From Microcoleus sp. (GTDB lineage: Bacteria > Cyanobacteriota > Cyanobacteriia > Cyanobacteriales > Microcoleaceae), in assembly GCA_052279835.1 (NCBI GenBank), contig CP181291.1, positions 3,072,001 to 3,136,000 of the forward strand: 64,000 nt of DNA. The letters run 5' to 3'. Made by a program: the position numbers and the translations under genes. Of this stretch, positions 31,759 through 41,866 are shown in pieces. A model generated the notes under the pieces. The model made no database searches and had not been told where the DNA came from. It was given only the letters and a program-made list of their open reading frames with translations. Positions within the stretch are counted from its first letter, which is position 1; every line of letters begins with the position of its first letter.

Positions 31759-31911
31759 GGGTATTTAACCGCAGATGTAGGCAGATGAACGCGGATGAAC
31801 GCAGATAAGATTTGTATCTGTGTTCATCTGTGGTTTAGTTAGAGTTTAAGATAATTGGATGATAATTTGCTATCATATAACCATGAAGTCTGATATTGCT
31901 CGTTTTGTTTT

Positions 31912-32328
31912 ATGCCCGGTTTAGACCTCTACCACAATACAGTCAAACAATCTCTCCTCAATGATGGCTGGATAATTACTCACGATCCTCTCCATCTGAA
32001 ATGGGGTAAAAAAGATATGTATGTGGAGCTGGGAGCAAAACAGGTGCTAGCAGCAGAACGAGGAGAACAGAAAATTGCTGTGGAAGTCAAAAGCTTTGTC
32101 AGCGATTCAGAAATGCAGGACTTGAGAGATGCGATCGGACAATTTACTATTTATCGGTCTGTTCTTCAAAGAACTTATCCAGAACATACGCTTTATCTGG
32201 CTGTTCGCGATATTACTTATGAATCTCTATTTGAAGAACCAATCGGTCAATTAATGATCGAAGACGAAAGTCTCAAGCGGATTGTATTCGATCCAAATCA
32301 AGAGGCGATCGTAAAATGGATACTTTAG
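31912..32328 (+). CDS. xisH: XisH family protein
   Basis: DGWIITHDPL, KIAVEVKSF, AIGQF, LYLAV. Confidence 0.92.
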   Translation: MPGLDLYHNTVKQSLLNDGWIITHDPLHLKWGKKDMYVELGAKQVLAAERGEQKIAVEVKSFVSDSEMQDLRDAIGQFTIYRSVLQRTYPEHTLYLAVRDITYESLFEEPIGQLMIEDESLKRIVFDPNQEAIVKWIL

Positions 32329-32651
32329 CTAACTTCAGAACTACGATTAAAATAGTCCTGGAACCCTATACAAAAATCCCTTACTCTCACGGCGATCTAA
32401 TTTGTAAAGCCGTGTTTGATGACAACTCAGACAGTTACCTCCTAGTTACTTTAGGATGGGATAAAGCCAAGCGAATTCACGGCTGTTTGGTTCATATAGA
32501 TATTATTGACAATAAGATTTGGGTACAGCAAGATGAGACAGAATACGGCGTGACTAAAGAACTTGTAGCTGCTGGAATTCCCAAGGATTCGATTGTTTTA
32601 GGATTTCATCCAGCAGATGTCAGACCTCATACGGGTTATGCAGTTGCTTAG
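32316..32651 (+). CDS. xisI: XisI family protein
   Basis: RIHGCLVHIDI, KIWVQQDETEYG, IVLGFHP. Confidence 0.92.
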   Translation: MDTLANFRTTIKIVLEPYTKIPYSHGDLICKAVFDDNSDSYLLVTLGWDKAKRIHGCLVHIDIIDNKIWVQQDETEYGVTKELVAAGIPKDSIVLGFHPADVRPHTGYAVA

Positions 32652-32682
32652 TTACAGCTTATGTATGAAAGATTTAAGCTTT

Positions 32683-32717
32683 TATTGCTTGCGATCAATC
32701 ATCGATCGCAAGCAATA
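32683..32717. terminator. 14-bp stem hairpin between convergent genes
   Basis: TATTGCTTGCGATC-N7-GATCGCAAGCAATA. Confidence 0.6.
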
Positions 32718-32811
32718 TTTGAGCGTGGGTGCAGCGATCGCCTGCATACTAAAGTTAGGTTAGGCGATCGCTCTTTTACGTTTCCCGATTCACCGATCTA
32801 GCAAAAACAGC

Positions 32812-33099
32812 TTATTTACCTCGCCATAAATGAACGGCATCCGGGTTAATTTGCGACCTGACTTGCAGCCATTCTTCTAACAAGTAATCATCATCGACTG
32901 CTTGAGAATACTGTTCGTCTTTGAGAATTGCTAAGACGTGAACTCCTGACGGGTATTTGATATGACGGATTTCTGGGTCATATCCTAAGTCTTGAATTGT
33001 TGCTAAGATGCGATCGATCGCGCCGGCAACTGTCAAATCGACGGCAAGAATTATTTGACCGAGTTGAGCACCCGGTTTGACGCACTCCAAAACAGCCAT
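32812..33099 (-). CDS. Hypothetical protein
   Basis: ATG at 33099; a diverged copy of its 3' end lies at about 35850-35952. Confidence 0.7.
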   Translation of the reverse strand: MAVLECVKPGAQLGQIILAVDLTVAGAIDRILATIQDLGYDPEIRHIKYPSGVHVLAILKDEQYSQAVDDDYLLEEWLQVRSQINPDAVHLWRGK

Positions 33100-33290
33100 T
33101 ATTCTTTCTCCTTGTAGTTGCAACGGTACACTTGAGGGCGATTTTCGACTTTTCGAGGTTGAGTTACAGATTCTAATTCAACCTGGTAGCGATCGGCTCG
33201 TTTTTGACACTCCTGTTTCGCTTGCTTGGGATTATCGGCTAAAATCGGCTCATCCCAGCGTTATGGTTCTTTTTCAGGATCTTGAATCAT
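33099..33290 (-). pseudogene. Small ORF interrupted by an in-frame TAA
   Basis: MIQDPEKEP*RWDEPILADNPK...YRCNYKEKE*; TAATG coupling to the next gene. Confidence 0.55.
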
Positions 33291-33411
33291 AATTAAGTAG
33301 CTCCTTTGTTGAACCTTCAACTTCGGGGAAGTCGTCTTGGCATGGTGCGGCAACATTCTGCCAAGGCACATTTCTATGCGAGAATTGTACTGCATTTTTT
33401 AGTATTGCAGT

Positions 33412-33570
33412 ATGGGTAAAAATGTTAAAGTTCTAACCATCAGACTGCCTGAAGTAGAAATGCTTCGCCTAGAAGCTTATTGCGCGAACAGCGGTAGAAC
33501 AAAAACCGATGTGATTCGCGAACAAATTAGGAATTTAAAAGTTGAAGATAAGTTGCTTTACCCAGATTGA
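33412..33570 (+). CDS. CopG/ribbon-helix-helix protein (52 aa, absent from the ORF track)
   Basis: [42 protein letters not shown]. Confidence 0.75.
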   Translation: MGKNVKVLTIRLPEVEMLRLEAYCANSGRTKTDVIREQIRNLKVEDKLLYPD

Positions 33571-33589
33571 TAACCTTGGTTCATTTACT

Positions 33590-33841
33590 GGCGATCGCCC
33601 GTCCGGGAGAAATTCGATTTACTGATGCTTTGCCGAAGACTCGTAGCGGGAAGATTATGCGGCGTTTGTTGCGTTCTTTGGCTGCTGGTTTGGAGGTGAC
33701 TGGGGATACTTCTACTTTGGAATATCGGACTGTTTTGGATAAGTTGCGGGCTGATTCCTAGGGGTATTTTTGCAACCGCAGATGTAGGCAGATGAACGCG
33801 GATGAACGTAGATAAATTACATCTGCGTTCATCTGCGGTTT
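33590..33841 (+). repeat. Duplicate of the acs 3' end plus its downstream palindromic repeat
   Basis: Near-identical to 31587-31835. Confidence 0.93.
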
Positions 33842-33930
33842 ACCAACTAGAAATCTGAGTTAGTATTATTATCAGCTAATTCAAGAGTGAGTTATCATAG
33901 AAAATACTTCAACATCTCTTGAGACGCGCC

Positions 33931-34344
33931 ATGTTTCCAGAAACCGTACAGTTGCAAATTCCTTTTCAAGTCCTAGTAGATGCGATCGCCTCCCTCAAAC
34001 TCGAAGAAAAACGCCTACTTTGGCAACTCTTAAATGAAGAAATTACTCGCTCCGAAACCAACCAGCAGTCTCAAGTCCAGATTCAAAATAACAACGGATC
34101 GGATTACAAACCGATAGGGGAAATCTTGACGGCGGCAGAAATACGCGATCGCTATCCCCGCGAGTGGGTGCTAATTGCTGATACTGAATCCGATGATTTA
34201 TGGAATGTGATTCGTGGTGAAGTTTTAGCTCATTCACCGCAGCGAGAGGAAATCGACCGAGCTTTGACAAAATTTAAAGATGTCCGGTCAATTTCTATAG
34301 AATATACTGGCCCTATTCCTGATGAATATTCGGTGCTGTCGTGA
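33931..34344 (+). CDS. Hypothetical protein, apparently two small domains (DUF5678-like C-terminus)
   Basis: EIRDRYPREWVLI...GEVLAHS...IEYTG; overlaps the protease gene. Confidence 0.7.
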   Translation: MFPETVQLQIPFQVLVDAIASLKLEEKRLLWQLLNEEITRSETNQQSQVQIQNNNGSDYKPIGEILTAAEIRDRYPREWVLIADTESDDLWNVIRGEVLAHSPQREEIDRALTKFKDVRSISIEYTGPIPDEYSVLS

Positions 34345-34742
34345 CTTCACAAAGACTTTATCGGTGCTCGCGTTACGGAAATTTACTCGTCTTAAAAGCT
34401 GCTGCCTCTAGCACAAGTAATACTGTCAGACAATTCAGATTATTAGTTGATACAGGCTCAACTTATACCGTTTTGCGGGTAAATATATTAGAAGCTCTTG
34501 GTTGCGATATCCAAAATCCTCTACGCAGAATTAGGACATCAGCAGGTGGCGGTATTGTCGAAGCGCCAGTAGTAGTTGTGCCTTGGTTTAATTGCTTGGG
34601 CGAGCGTTTAGAAAATTTTCCTATAGTTGCTTACACGTTACCTGCAACCACTTTTGTAGACGGTTTGCTAGGGATGGATTTTCTTACTCCTATGCAAGCT
34701 GTTATCTATGCTAAAGAGGGAGAGATTCGCCTTCGTTTATGA
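34341..34742 (+). CDS. Retropepsin-like aspartyl protease
   Basis: LLVDTGSTYT and GLLGMDFL. Confidence 0.88.
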   Translation: MTSQRLYRCSRYGNLLVLKAAASSTSNTVRQFRLLVDTGSTYTVLRVNILEALGCDIQNPLRRIRTSAGGGIVEAPVVVVPWFNCLGERLENFPIVAYTLPATTFVDGLLGMDFLTPMQAVIYAKEGEIRLRL

Positions 34743-34764
34743 CTTATCGATAACTTTTATCTGG

Positions 34765-34891
34765 TTGGAAGAGCGGACGGTTTTGGATAAGTTGCGGGCT
34801 GATTCCTAGGGGTATTTTTGCGATCGCCCCTTCAGGCAAATTAACGCAGATGAACGCAGATCAAATTATATCTGCGTTCATCTGCGGTTTA
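34765..34891 (+). repeat. Third, short copy of the acs 3' end plus palindromic repeat
   Basis: ttggaagagcggacggttttggataagttgcgggctgattcctaggggtattt. Confidence 0.88.
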
Positions 34892-34944
34892 ATTGTTAAA
34901 TATGAGCTACAATCAAGATAAATTGTAGACTGGATCTGAGCGCG

Positions 34945-35523
34945 ATGCCTCCACTACTTAGCAAAACCACAGATCAGCGAATTGTTCATCATGGAATGTG
35001 GGAACGGTTTAAATTTATCCAAAAAGGCTTTGAAGGCTCCCCGGTCGTGCGACTATTTTACTATGATGGGACGATCGAGATTCTGATGCCTGGAGAAGAC
35101 CACGAAGCTTTTGCTCATGTTATCGGTTACTTATTGACTACCTTTCTCGTCGAACAGGGAATTTTCTTCAAGCCCACAGGGGCAATGACGCAGGAAAAAT
35201 CGGGAATTGTCTCTGTACAAGCAGATGAATCCTACTGCATTGGGAGTGTAAAACAGATTCCAGATTTGTCGATCGAAGTTGTCTTTACCAGTGGAGGCAT
35301 CAGTAAGTTAGATCGCTATAAAGCTTTGGGTGTTCCAGAGGTTTGGTTTTGGGAAGATGGATTGCTGAAAATATATCATCTCCAAGACGGTAGCTATGAA
35401 AAGAGCGATCGCAGTCAGCTACCCGGACTTAGCTACCTGAATCTCGATTTGTTCAAGCGCTGCATTTTGATGGCGGAAACTGATGCTGGAGAAGCTATTA
35501 GAGTGTTCCGTCGAGAGATGTAG
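34945..35523 (+). CDS. Uma2 (DUF820) family protein
   Basis: QADESYCI, PDLSIEVVFTS, YKALGVPEVWFW. Confidence 0.9.
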   Translation: MPPLLSKTTDQRIVHHGMWERFKFIQKGFEGSPVVRLFYYDGTIEILMPGEDHEAFAHVIGYLLTTFLVEQGIFFKPTGAMTQEKSGIVSVQADESYCIGSVKQIPDLSIEVVFTSGGISKLDRYKALGVPEVWFWEDGLLKIYHLQDGSYEKSDRSQLPGLSYLNLDLFKRCILMAETDAGEAIRVFRREM

Positions 35524-35784
35524 GCGATCGCAAAGCGGATCTCCTGGCTATCCGATGATTGATATAGCTTATATCGTTTTTGGTTGCATTGGAATGATTT
35601 AACCGCAGAGAACACAGAGGACACAGAGGGAGAAAATAGAGATCTTAATAATTCAGATGCTACCGGATTTGATATTATGTGTCTCTGGGTAAGGATTTCA
35701 GCGATTTCATCACCAAATCTTTGTACTTTTCGATACAGTTACCACCACAAATCCAAGAGAGCCAACCCTGAATAGGTTTGTGAT

Positions 35785-35952
35785 GCGATCGCCTGCATAC
35801 TACAGTTAGGCGATCGCTCTTGTGCTATCCAATGATATACCAAAAACAGCTTATTTGCCTCGCCACAGATGAATTTCATCGCTGTGGATTTGGGACCTGA
35901 CTTGCAGCCAATCTGCTAGCAAGTAGTCATCATCAATTGCTTCAGAATATCG
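35785..35952 (-). pseudogene. Diverged duplicate of about 32734-32912 (3' fragment of the 32812 gene plus flank)
   Basis: Shared gcgatcgcctgcatact...caaaaacagcttattt...gacctgacttgcagcca. Confidence 0.8.
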
Positions 35953-36268
35953 CAGTCAGCTCATTTTTTTAAATTTCGTAGTGCCACACCTGTGAATCTT
36001 GCAAAATAATCCCATGAATCGATGGTTTCAGCGATTAAGAGCGTCCTAACCGCCGAGAATGTGGCTGCTATATATTCCTGACAGTTACAGATCTAGAGTC
36101 AGGAATTTCTCCGAACAAGAGATAGAGTTTACTATATACTACTGTAACTACATATACTAACTGGAGTTAATGAAAATGTCAATTCCTAAAAAAAAGTTAC
36201 GACCATGACAGACAACGGTATTTAATGTATAGTACATAAAATCGATCAAGAAACAGGAGTTACAGGTT

Positions 36269-37301
36269 ATGAGCATTACAATTGAGAACGTATCCAAGCA
36301 CTTTGGGTCGTTTCATGCCATTGACAGCGTGAGTTTGGAAATTAAAAACGGCTCTCTAGTGGCGCTGTTGGGCCCTTCGGGTTCGGGGAAATCGACTTTG
36401 CTGAGGATGATTGCGGGACTTGAACCCCCAGATAGCGGTAACATTTATTTGATCGGTGAAGATGCTACTCAGCAGTCGGTGCAGGAACGGAATATCGGTT
36501 TTGTGTTTCAGCATTACGCTTTGTTTAAGCACATGACGATCAGAAAAAATATTGCTTTTGCGATGGAAATTCGCAAAGTTCCTAAAGGCACAATTACCAA
36601 ACGGGTTGAGGAACTTTTGGATTTAGTGCAGTTGGGTGGTTTGGGCGATCGCTACCCTTCCCAGCTTTCGGGAGGCCAACGACAGCGGGTGGCCTTAGCC
36701 AGAGCTCTAGCAGTTTCAGCCGAAAGTGCTGCTATTAGATGAACCTTTCGGAGCGTTGGATGCTAAAGTTCGCAAAGAATTGCGATCGTGGCTGCACCAA
36801 CTCCACAAAGAAGTGAATATCACTACAGTTTTTGTGACTCACGATCAAGAAGAAGCGATGGAAGTAGCCGATGAAATTGTAGTGATGAACAAAGGTAGAG
36901 TGGAACAAGTTGGCACTCCTGCTCAAATTTATGACAAACCAGCAACGGCTTTTGTGATGAGTTTTATCGGGCCTGTTAATGTGTTGCCGAATGCGATCGG
37001 GCTGTTTAACAGAAATGCTGAAGAACTCTCTAACCATGGAGCTGCTCATTCTCAAGTAGTATTTTTGCGTCCCCATGATGTGGTAATTAATACTCAGCCG
37101 GAGTCCGGTTTTGCGGAAGCCAAAGTCAGCCGCATCATTCATCTGGGACGCGAAATTCAAACCGAATTGCTATTAGAATCGGGTCAAATTGTGACAGCTT
37201 ACGTCAGCCGCGAGCGTTTCGAGCAACTACAGCTAGTGCGAAATCAAATGGTTTACGTCAAACCAAAACACGCGATGACTTTTCCGGCTTATTCTATCTA
37301 A
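36269..37301 (+). CDS. cysA: Sulfate ABC transporter ATP-binding protein, split by a +1 frameshift
   Basis: [16 protein letters not shown]; removing one T at 36714-36716 restores [17 protein letters not shown]-like tail. Confidence 0.88.
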
Positions 37302-37616
37302 ATCCACCGTTGCATCTTACTCAAAACCTGGTAAGGCGGGAGTACATCAATCCTCAAAGATTTTGGCATTTTTTGAGTGTTTTAACTTTTCGCATTGTCT
37401 TAACTCTGGTAGCGACAGGTTACTTATTGACCAAAGCGCCTTAACAGCTTTCGCGGTTGCTATATGTCAAATCAGTCCCCTAACTAGCAAATTTTGGCGA
37501 CGATGCCATATACTTTTCAAGGCATTTCTACATCAAAAAAAAATACCTTTATACATACATCGGTAAACCGTATATTATTGAATAGCAGATTTAAAATTGA
37601 AACACCAGTAGCAAAT

Positions 37617-38054
37617 GTGGAACGATCTTCTAGAGTGGAATATGCCCTGTTAGCGCTCTTGGAACTTGCAACGCCCTACCCGAAGGACTCCCCCCTCACG
37701 GTGAGCGAGATTGCTGCTGCTCAAGAGATACCGCAACGCTATCTAGACCAAATTCTGACCGTGCTGCGACGTGCGGGTTTCGTGCAAAGTCTGCGGGGCG
37801 CTAAAGGCGGTTATTTGCTGGCAAAAGAACCCTGGCAAATTACTTTGCTAGAAGTTTTCTCAGCTTTAGAAGGCGACAGTAGCGGCAAGGTTCAAAAAGT
37901 TTTAGAATCAGCAACAATAGAAAAGACTGCGGTACTAGAAATCTGGCAGGAAGTCACAGCAGCATCTCTGACAGTTTTGGGCAAATACACTTTACAAGAT
38001 TTGTGCCAACAGCGGGACGATCGCAAACAAGTCAATCTCATGTACTACATTTAA
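37617..38054 (+). CDS. Rrf2 family regulator (CymR-like)
   Basis: VEYALLAL, IPQRYLDQIL, SLRGAKGGY; GTG start proposed; lacks the IscR Cys triad. Confidence 0.9.
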   Translation: MERSSRVEYALLALLELATPYPKDSPLTVSEIAAAQEIPQRYLDQILTVLRRAGFVQSLRGAKGGYLLAKEPWQITLLEVFSALEGDSSGKVQKVLESATIEKTAVLEIWQEVTAASLTVLGKYTLQDLCQQRDDRKQVNLMYYI

Positions 38055-38072
38055 GTGGAGATAAATTAAGCC

Positions 38073-39054
38073 ATGAAAATTGCTAAGGATGTTACAGAAA
38101 TCATTGGTAAAACTCCTTTAGTTCAGCTCAATAAAATTCCTCAATCCGAAGGAGTAGTTGCTCAAATTGCGGTAAAATTGGAAGGGATGAATCCGGCTGC
38201 TTCGGTGAAAGATCGCATCGGGGCGAGCATGATTCAGGCGGCAGAAGAGGCGGGATTAATTGCACCAGGGAAAACTATTTTAGTGGAACCGACTTCGGGT
38301 AATACTGGAATTGCTTTGGCAATGGTAGCGGCGGCTAAGGGTTACAAATTGATTTTGACAATGCCGGATACGATGAGTTTAGAGCGCCGATCGATGTTAA
38401 AAGCTTACGGTGCTCAGTTAGAATTAACTCCGGGACATGAAGGGATGTTAAGCGCGATCGCCCGCGCCGAAGAAATTGCAGAAGAAACTCCCGGTGCTTT
38501 TCTGTTGCAGCAGTTTCGCAACCCCGCCAATCCGAAAATTCACCGGGAAACGACGGCGGAGGAAATTTGGGCCGATACTGACGGTAAAATAGACTTTTTA
38601 GTGGCTGGAGTTGGCACCGGTGGTACGATTACCGGAGTTGCTGAGGTAATTAAACAGCGCAAGCCGAGTTTTAGGGACAGTTGCAGTAGAACCCGCCAAC
38701 AGCCCCGTGCTTTCTGGAGGCAAATCTGGTGCTCACAAAATTCAAGGGATTGGTGCAGGATTCATCCCGGAAGTGTTGAAACCAGAGTTAATTGATGAAA
38801 TAATTACTGTTAGCGATGAAGAGGCGATCGCCTACAGTCGCCGCCTAGCCAGAGAAGAAGGATTATTATCAGGAATCTCCGCAGGCGCAGCTTTATTTGC
38901 AGCCATAGAAATCGGCAAGCGTCCCGAAAATGCTGGAAAATTAATAGTTTTTGTACAGCCTTCTTTTGGCGAACGCTACCTGAGTACAGTGCTGTTCAAA
39001 GATTTAGAATTACCGACAGTCACCGAACTAGAATCCTTAGTCACCAATTATTAA
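38073..39054 (+). CDS. cysK: Cysteine synthase A, split by a +1 frameshift
   Basis: SVKDRIG, PTSGNTG, GVGTGGT, HKIQGIG, GERYLST; extra G at 38674-38676. Confidence 0.9.
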
Positions 39055-39072
39055 TTTGTAGGTTAATAAGTA

Positions 39073-39103
39073 ATATCAATTTCGGTTCCACCGGAATTGA
39101 TAT
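39073..39103. terminator. Hairpin between convergent cysK and TSUP genes
   Basis: ATATCAATTTCGGT-tcc-ACCGGAATTGATAT. Confidence 0.6.
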
Positions 39104-39897
39104 CACACTTGGTACAACTTCCAACTCGCCATTGCCAACATTCCATAAATCACAAACTTAAGCGGGCGTTGAGGCATAATTTGGCAGAATTTAGCACCTA
39201 CTAAAACTCCCGGCACCGAACCCAACCAAATCGGCAATACTAAACTCCAGTCTACTGTTCCCAGGCTGAGGTGTCCTAGAGAAGTAAACATCAACAAAAT
39301 AGCCGCTTGAGAAATATCTGTACCCACCAATTTTGAAGAATCTAGCCGGAAAAAAGTAATCAATAATAATGCAAACATCGAACCGGAAGAGACGCTAGTG
39401 ATTCCCACTATGGAGCCTAAAATTGCTCCTGCAATCACTGTAAAAATACGACCCGAATTAGTATTTAAGTCCCATGCTGGGGGCTGTGGTAATTTCAAAT
39501 TAGGGATAAAAATTTTGAGCGATAATTGGGCGATGGCTAACATCACAACTAGAGCGATCGCCATTCCCAGACAGCGCAATAAGATGTAATCTAAGTTCTG
39601 AGTGCCACTGTCTTTGATGCAGTGTAATATCCACACACCACCGAGGGAACCGGGTACGCTTCCCAAGGCCAACCATTTAACTACTTGCAAGTCCAGGGTT
39701 TGTTGTTGCCAGTGTTTGAAGCCACCAACAACTTTCATAAATGTGGCTGCTACGACATCTGAACTCACAGCAATCGATGCCGGAACTTGAAAGACACAAA
39801 TCAACATTGGGGTAATGAGTGAAGCTCCTCCTACTCCAGTCAAACCAACGATAATTCCCACGAAAAAGCTGAAAAATGATAGTAATAAGTAGTTCAC
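39103..39897 (-). CDS. TSUP (TauE/SafE) family transporter
   Basis: GLTGVGGASLITP, LVGTDI, GSVPG repeats. Confidence 0.9.
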   Translation of the reverse strand: MNYLLLSFFSFFVGIIVGLTGVGGASLITPMLICVFQVPASIAVSSDVVAATFMKVVGGFKHWQQQTLDLQVVKWLALGSVPGSLGGVWILHCIKDSGTQNLDYILLRCLGMAIALVVMLAIAQLSLKIFIPNLKLPQPPAWDLNTNSGRIFTVIAGAILGSIVGITSVSSGSMFALLLITFFRLDSSKLVGTDISQAAILLMFTSLGHLSLGTVDWSLVLPIWLGSVPGVLVGAKFCQIMPQRPLKFVIYGMLAMASWKLYQV

Positions 39898-39899
39898 GG

Positions 39900-40514
39900 T
39901 TAGCTCCCAAAAAGGTCGATAGACTGCTGGGTGGAAAATAGATCGGGAGTATCGAGAACATTAAAATGAATCAATGCCACAATTACCAGAGTGAAGGCGG
40001 TGGATGAAATGAAGCCCGTCAATAACTGTTGTTTGAGGTTTTTTTCCTTGGGTTTGTCTGTAAAAACCTCTACACTCCCTAGCTGCATCAACAGAATTCC
40101 AACAATATTGGACAGCCAGTAGCCGACTATTGAACAAGGAAATAGTAAATCTGGGGAAAGCAAGCTACAGATATACCCAAAGCCATAAGCAATGGGCAAA
40201 TTGAAAAATAAATCGTTCCACCAACATAGTGGTGATAGTAAATATCCCATTAGTAGAAGCAATCCGCCTCTGAGTTTTTTCAAGCTGACATCTGGCATCA
40301 TTCTCCCGAAGCCGGAAGATTGCTGTTTGAGAAACAGTGAATTTTTTGGTGGGGTGGGCATCGCACCCGCCCGTGAGAGGCTGATTGAGAATCGTGCAAG
40401 AGGTGAGTTGAACCAGCCTTGGTTCAAGCTGTCTGGCTGAGCTTCGGCTAGCTTTTCTGGGGCTGGCTGTGTCGGAGACTGGGACTCTTCAGTGACTTGT
40501 TGAAGATTTTTCAC
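39900..40514 (-). CDS. Hypothetical membrane protein
   Basis: GYLLSPLCWWNDLFFNLP; three to four TM segments. Confidence 0.75.
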   Translation of the reverse strand: MKNLQQVTEESQSPTQPAPEKLAEAQPDSLNQGWFNSPLARFSISLSRAGAMPTPPKNSLFLKQQSSGFGRMMPDVSLKKLRGGLLLLMGYLLSPLCWWNDLFFNLPIAYGFGYICSLLSPDLLFPCSIVGYWLSNIVGILLMQLGSVEVFTDKPKEKNLKQQLLTGFISSTAFTLVIVALIHFNVLDTPDLFSTQQSIDLFGS

Positions 40515-40668
40515 GTTAACAACTCATAACTCGATCGATTAACCGTAGTTTATCATCACACCATGGTGTATGTCTAGTAACTTGATAAAGTTACTGTAGT
40601 TTTAGGACTTGGAGTAAGTTTTAAGTTTTTATACTCAATGGGTGTGATGTGTTAAGTGTGCTGTGGGC

Positions 40669-41070
40669 TTAATCGGGGATCGGAACAGTGATTGAACCCT
40701 GGGCGGCTGCCAAAATCACATAAATTACTCCTATTCCCAATAAGCTGAGGGCAAAACTGAAAAATAAGATCATCCCGTCTGGGGGCTCGTAGGTATTGTG
40801 GTGAATTTGGTGGCGAACGGTGAAGTAGTGCTTGGTTGAGATTAAGACTGTTGCCAAACCTACTAGAGAGAAGATTAAGCCCAATTTCCACCCCATCGCG
40901 TGACGGTGCTGTAGGGGGAGTTGGATAACGCGCAGTCGCACGATGACGACGCCAAAACCCATAAGTGCGATCGCGGCCCGCATCCATGCTAAAAATGTGC
41001 GTTCATTGGCAGAAAGATCGATCGCCCGCGACAGATTTTGCTGTTTTAGTTTCTCCTCATCTACTGTCAT
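40669..41070 (-). CDS. DUF202/YidH family membrane protein
   Basis: ANERTFLAWMR. Confidence 0.88.
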   Translation of the reverse strand: MTVDEEKLKQQNLSRAIDLSANERTFLAWMRAAIALMGFGVVIVRLRVIQLPLQHRHAMGWKLGLIFSLVGLATVLISTKHYFTVRHQIHHNTYEPPDGMILFFSFALSLLGIGVIYVILAAAQGSITVPIPD

Positions 41071-41105
41071 CGGTGCCCACTATCTAGCCTTTTTTTGGTA
41101 AATCA

Positions 41106-41166
41106 GGTGCGTCGCCCTGGAAAATTTGGCAGTTCAATTTAACCCGTTGCAACAACGCACCCTACA
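41106..41166. repeat. GTAG REP-like doublet; related copy at 51842-51903
   Basis: ggtgcgtcgc...acgcaccctaca. Confidence 0.6.
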
Positions 41167-41193
41167 AATCAACTTTTATATGAAAACACACCA

Positions 41194-41616
41194 TTATTCC
41201 GGTGTCATCAAACCAAATGAACTGGTCGGAACTGTGAATATATAATAAATGACTCCGGCCCCTAGGATGGCGATCGCGAGGCTAAACAGAATTACCCAGC
41301 GATCGGTAGGTTCATAAGTATCATAATCGATATCGTGGCGAACACCAAAGTAGTGTTTAGTAGAGAATATCACCGTCAGCAAACCCACGGCAGAAAAAAG
41401 CAAACCCAACTTCCAGCCATTACCCGGAGTTGGGAGCAGAGGCGGATGGAAGGCGCGAAGGCGCACGATAACTACGCCAAAACCCATCAGCGATATTGCT
41501 GTCCGCATCCATGCTAAATAAGTGCGCTCGTTTGCCAAGTGATCCCGCACCCGCGACGGATTTGGTCGCTTAGTCTTTTCTGTATCTACTTTTGTGGATT
41601 TCAACTTTAATAGCAT
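41194..41616 (-). CDS. DUF202/YidH family membrane protein (paralog)
   Basis: RDHLANERTYLAWMRT. Confidence 0.9.
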   Translation of the reverse strand: MLLKLKSTKVDTEKTKRPNPSRVRDHLANERTYLAWMRTAISLMGFGVVIVRLRAFHPPLLPTPGNGWKLGLLFSAVGLLTVIFSTKHYFGVRHDIDYDTYEPTDRWVILFSLAIAILGAGVIYYIFTVPTSSFGLMTPE

Positions 41617-41866
41617 TGATAAACCTTTTAATCGTAACTGCAAATATAGGAACCCTCACATCATTTCTGAATTTATTACTCCCGGACCTTAATAAAGTCC
41701 GGGTTGGGGTGGGGTAAAAAAACTTTACTACTCGTGCAAGGACTGCTATATAAAGGGAAACCGATATATTTCGCTTTCCCCATTATCAACCCTGATGGCG
41801 CTACCTGACGATTTTTTGGGTTGTACCTGTTTTTACAAAGCCGAGGGCGTTTCAACTACAGCCAAA

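Noticed and set aside
31912..32651. xisH/xisI as evidence of an fdxN-type excision element
   Set aside because: No XisF recombinase or interrupted gene is in the window, and XisH/XisI pairs commonly occur alone.
33567..33761. 64-aa ORF resembling a mini acetyl-CoA synthetase
   Set aside because: It is the duplicated acs 3' end with a chance TTG start, not an independent gene.
36714..38676. Programmed frameshifting in cysA and cysK
   Set aside because: No slippery heptamer or stimulatory structure is evident; single extra bases in short runs fit sequencing error or mutation.
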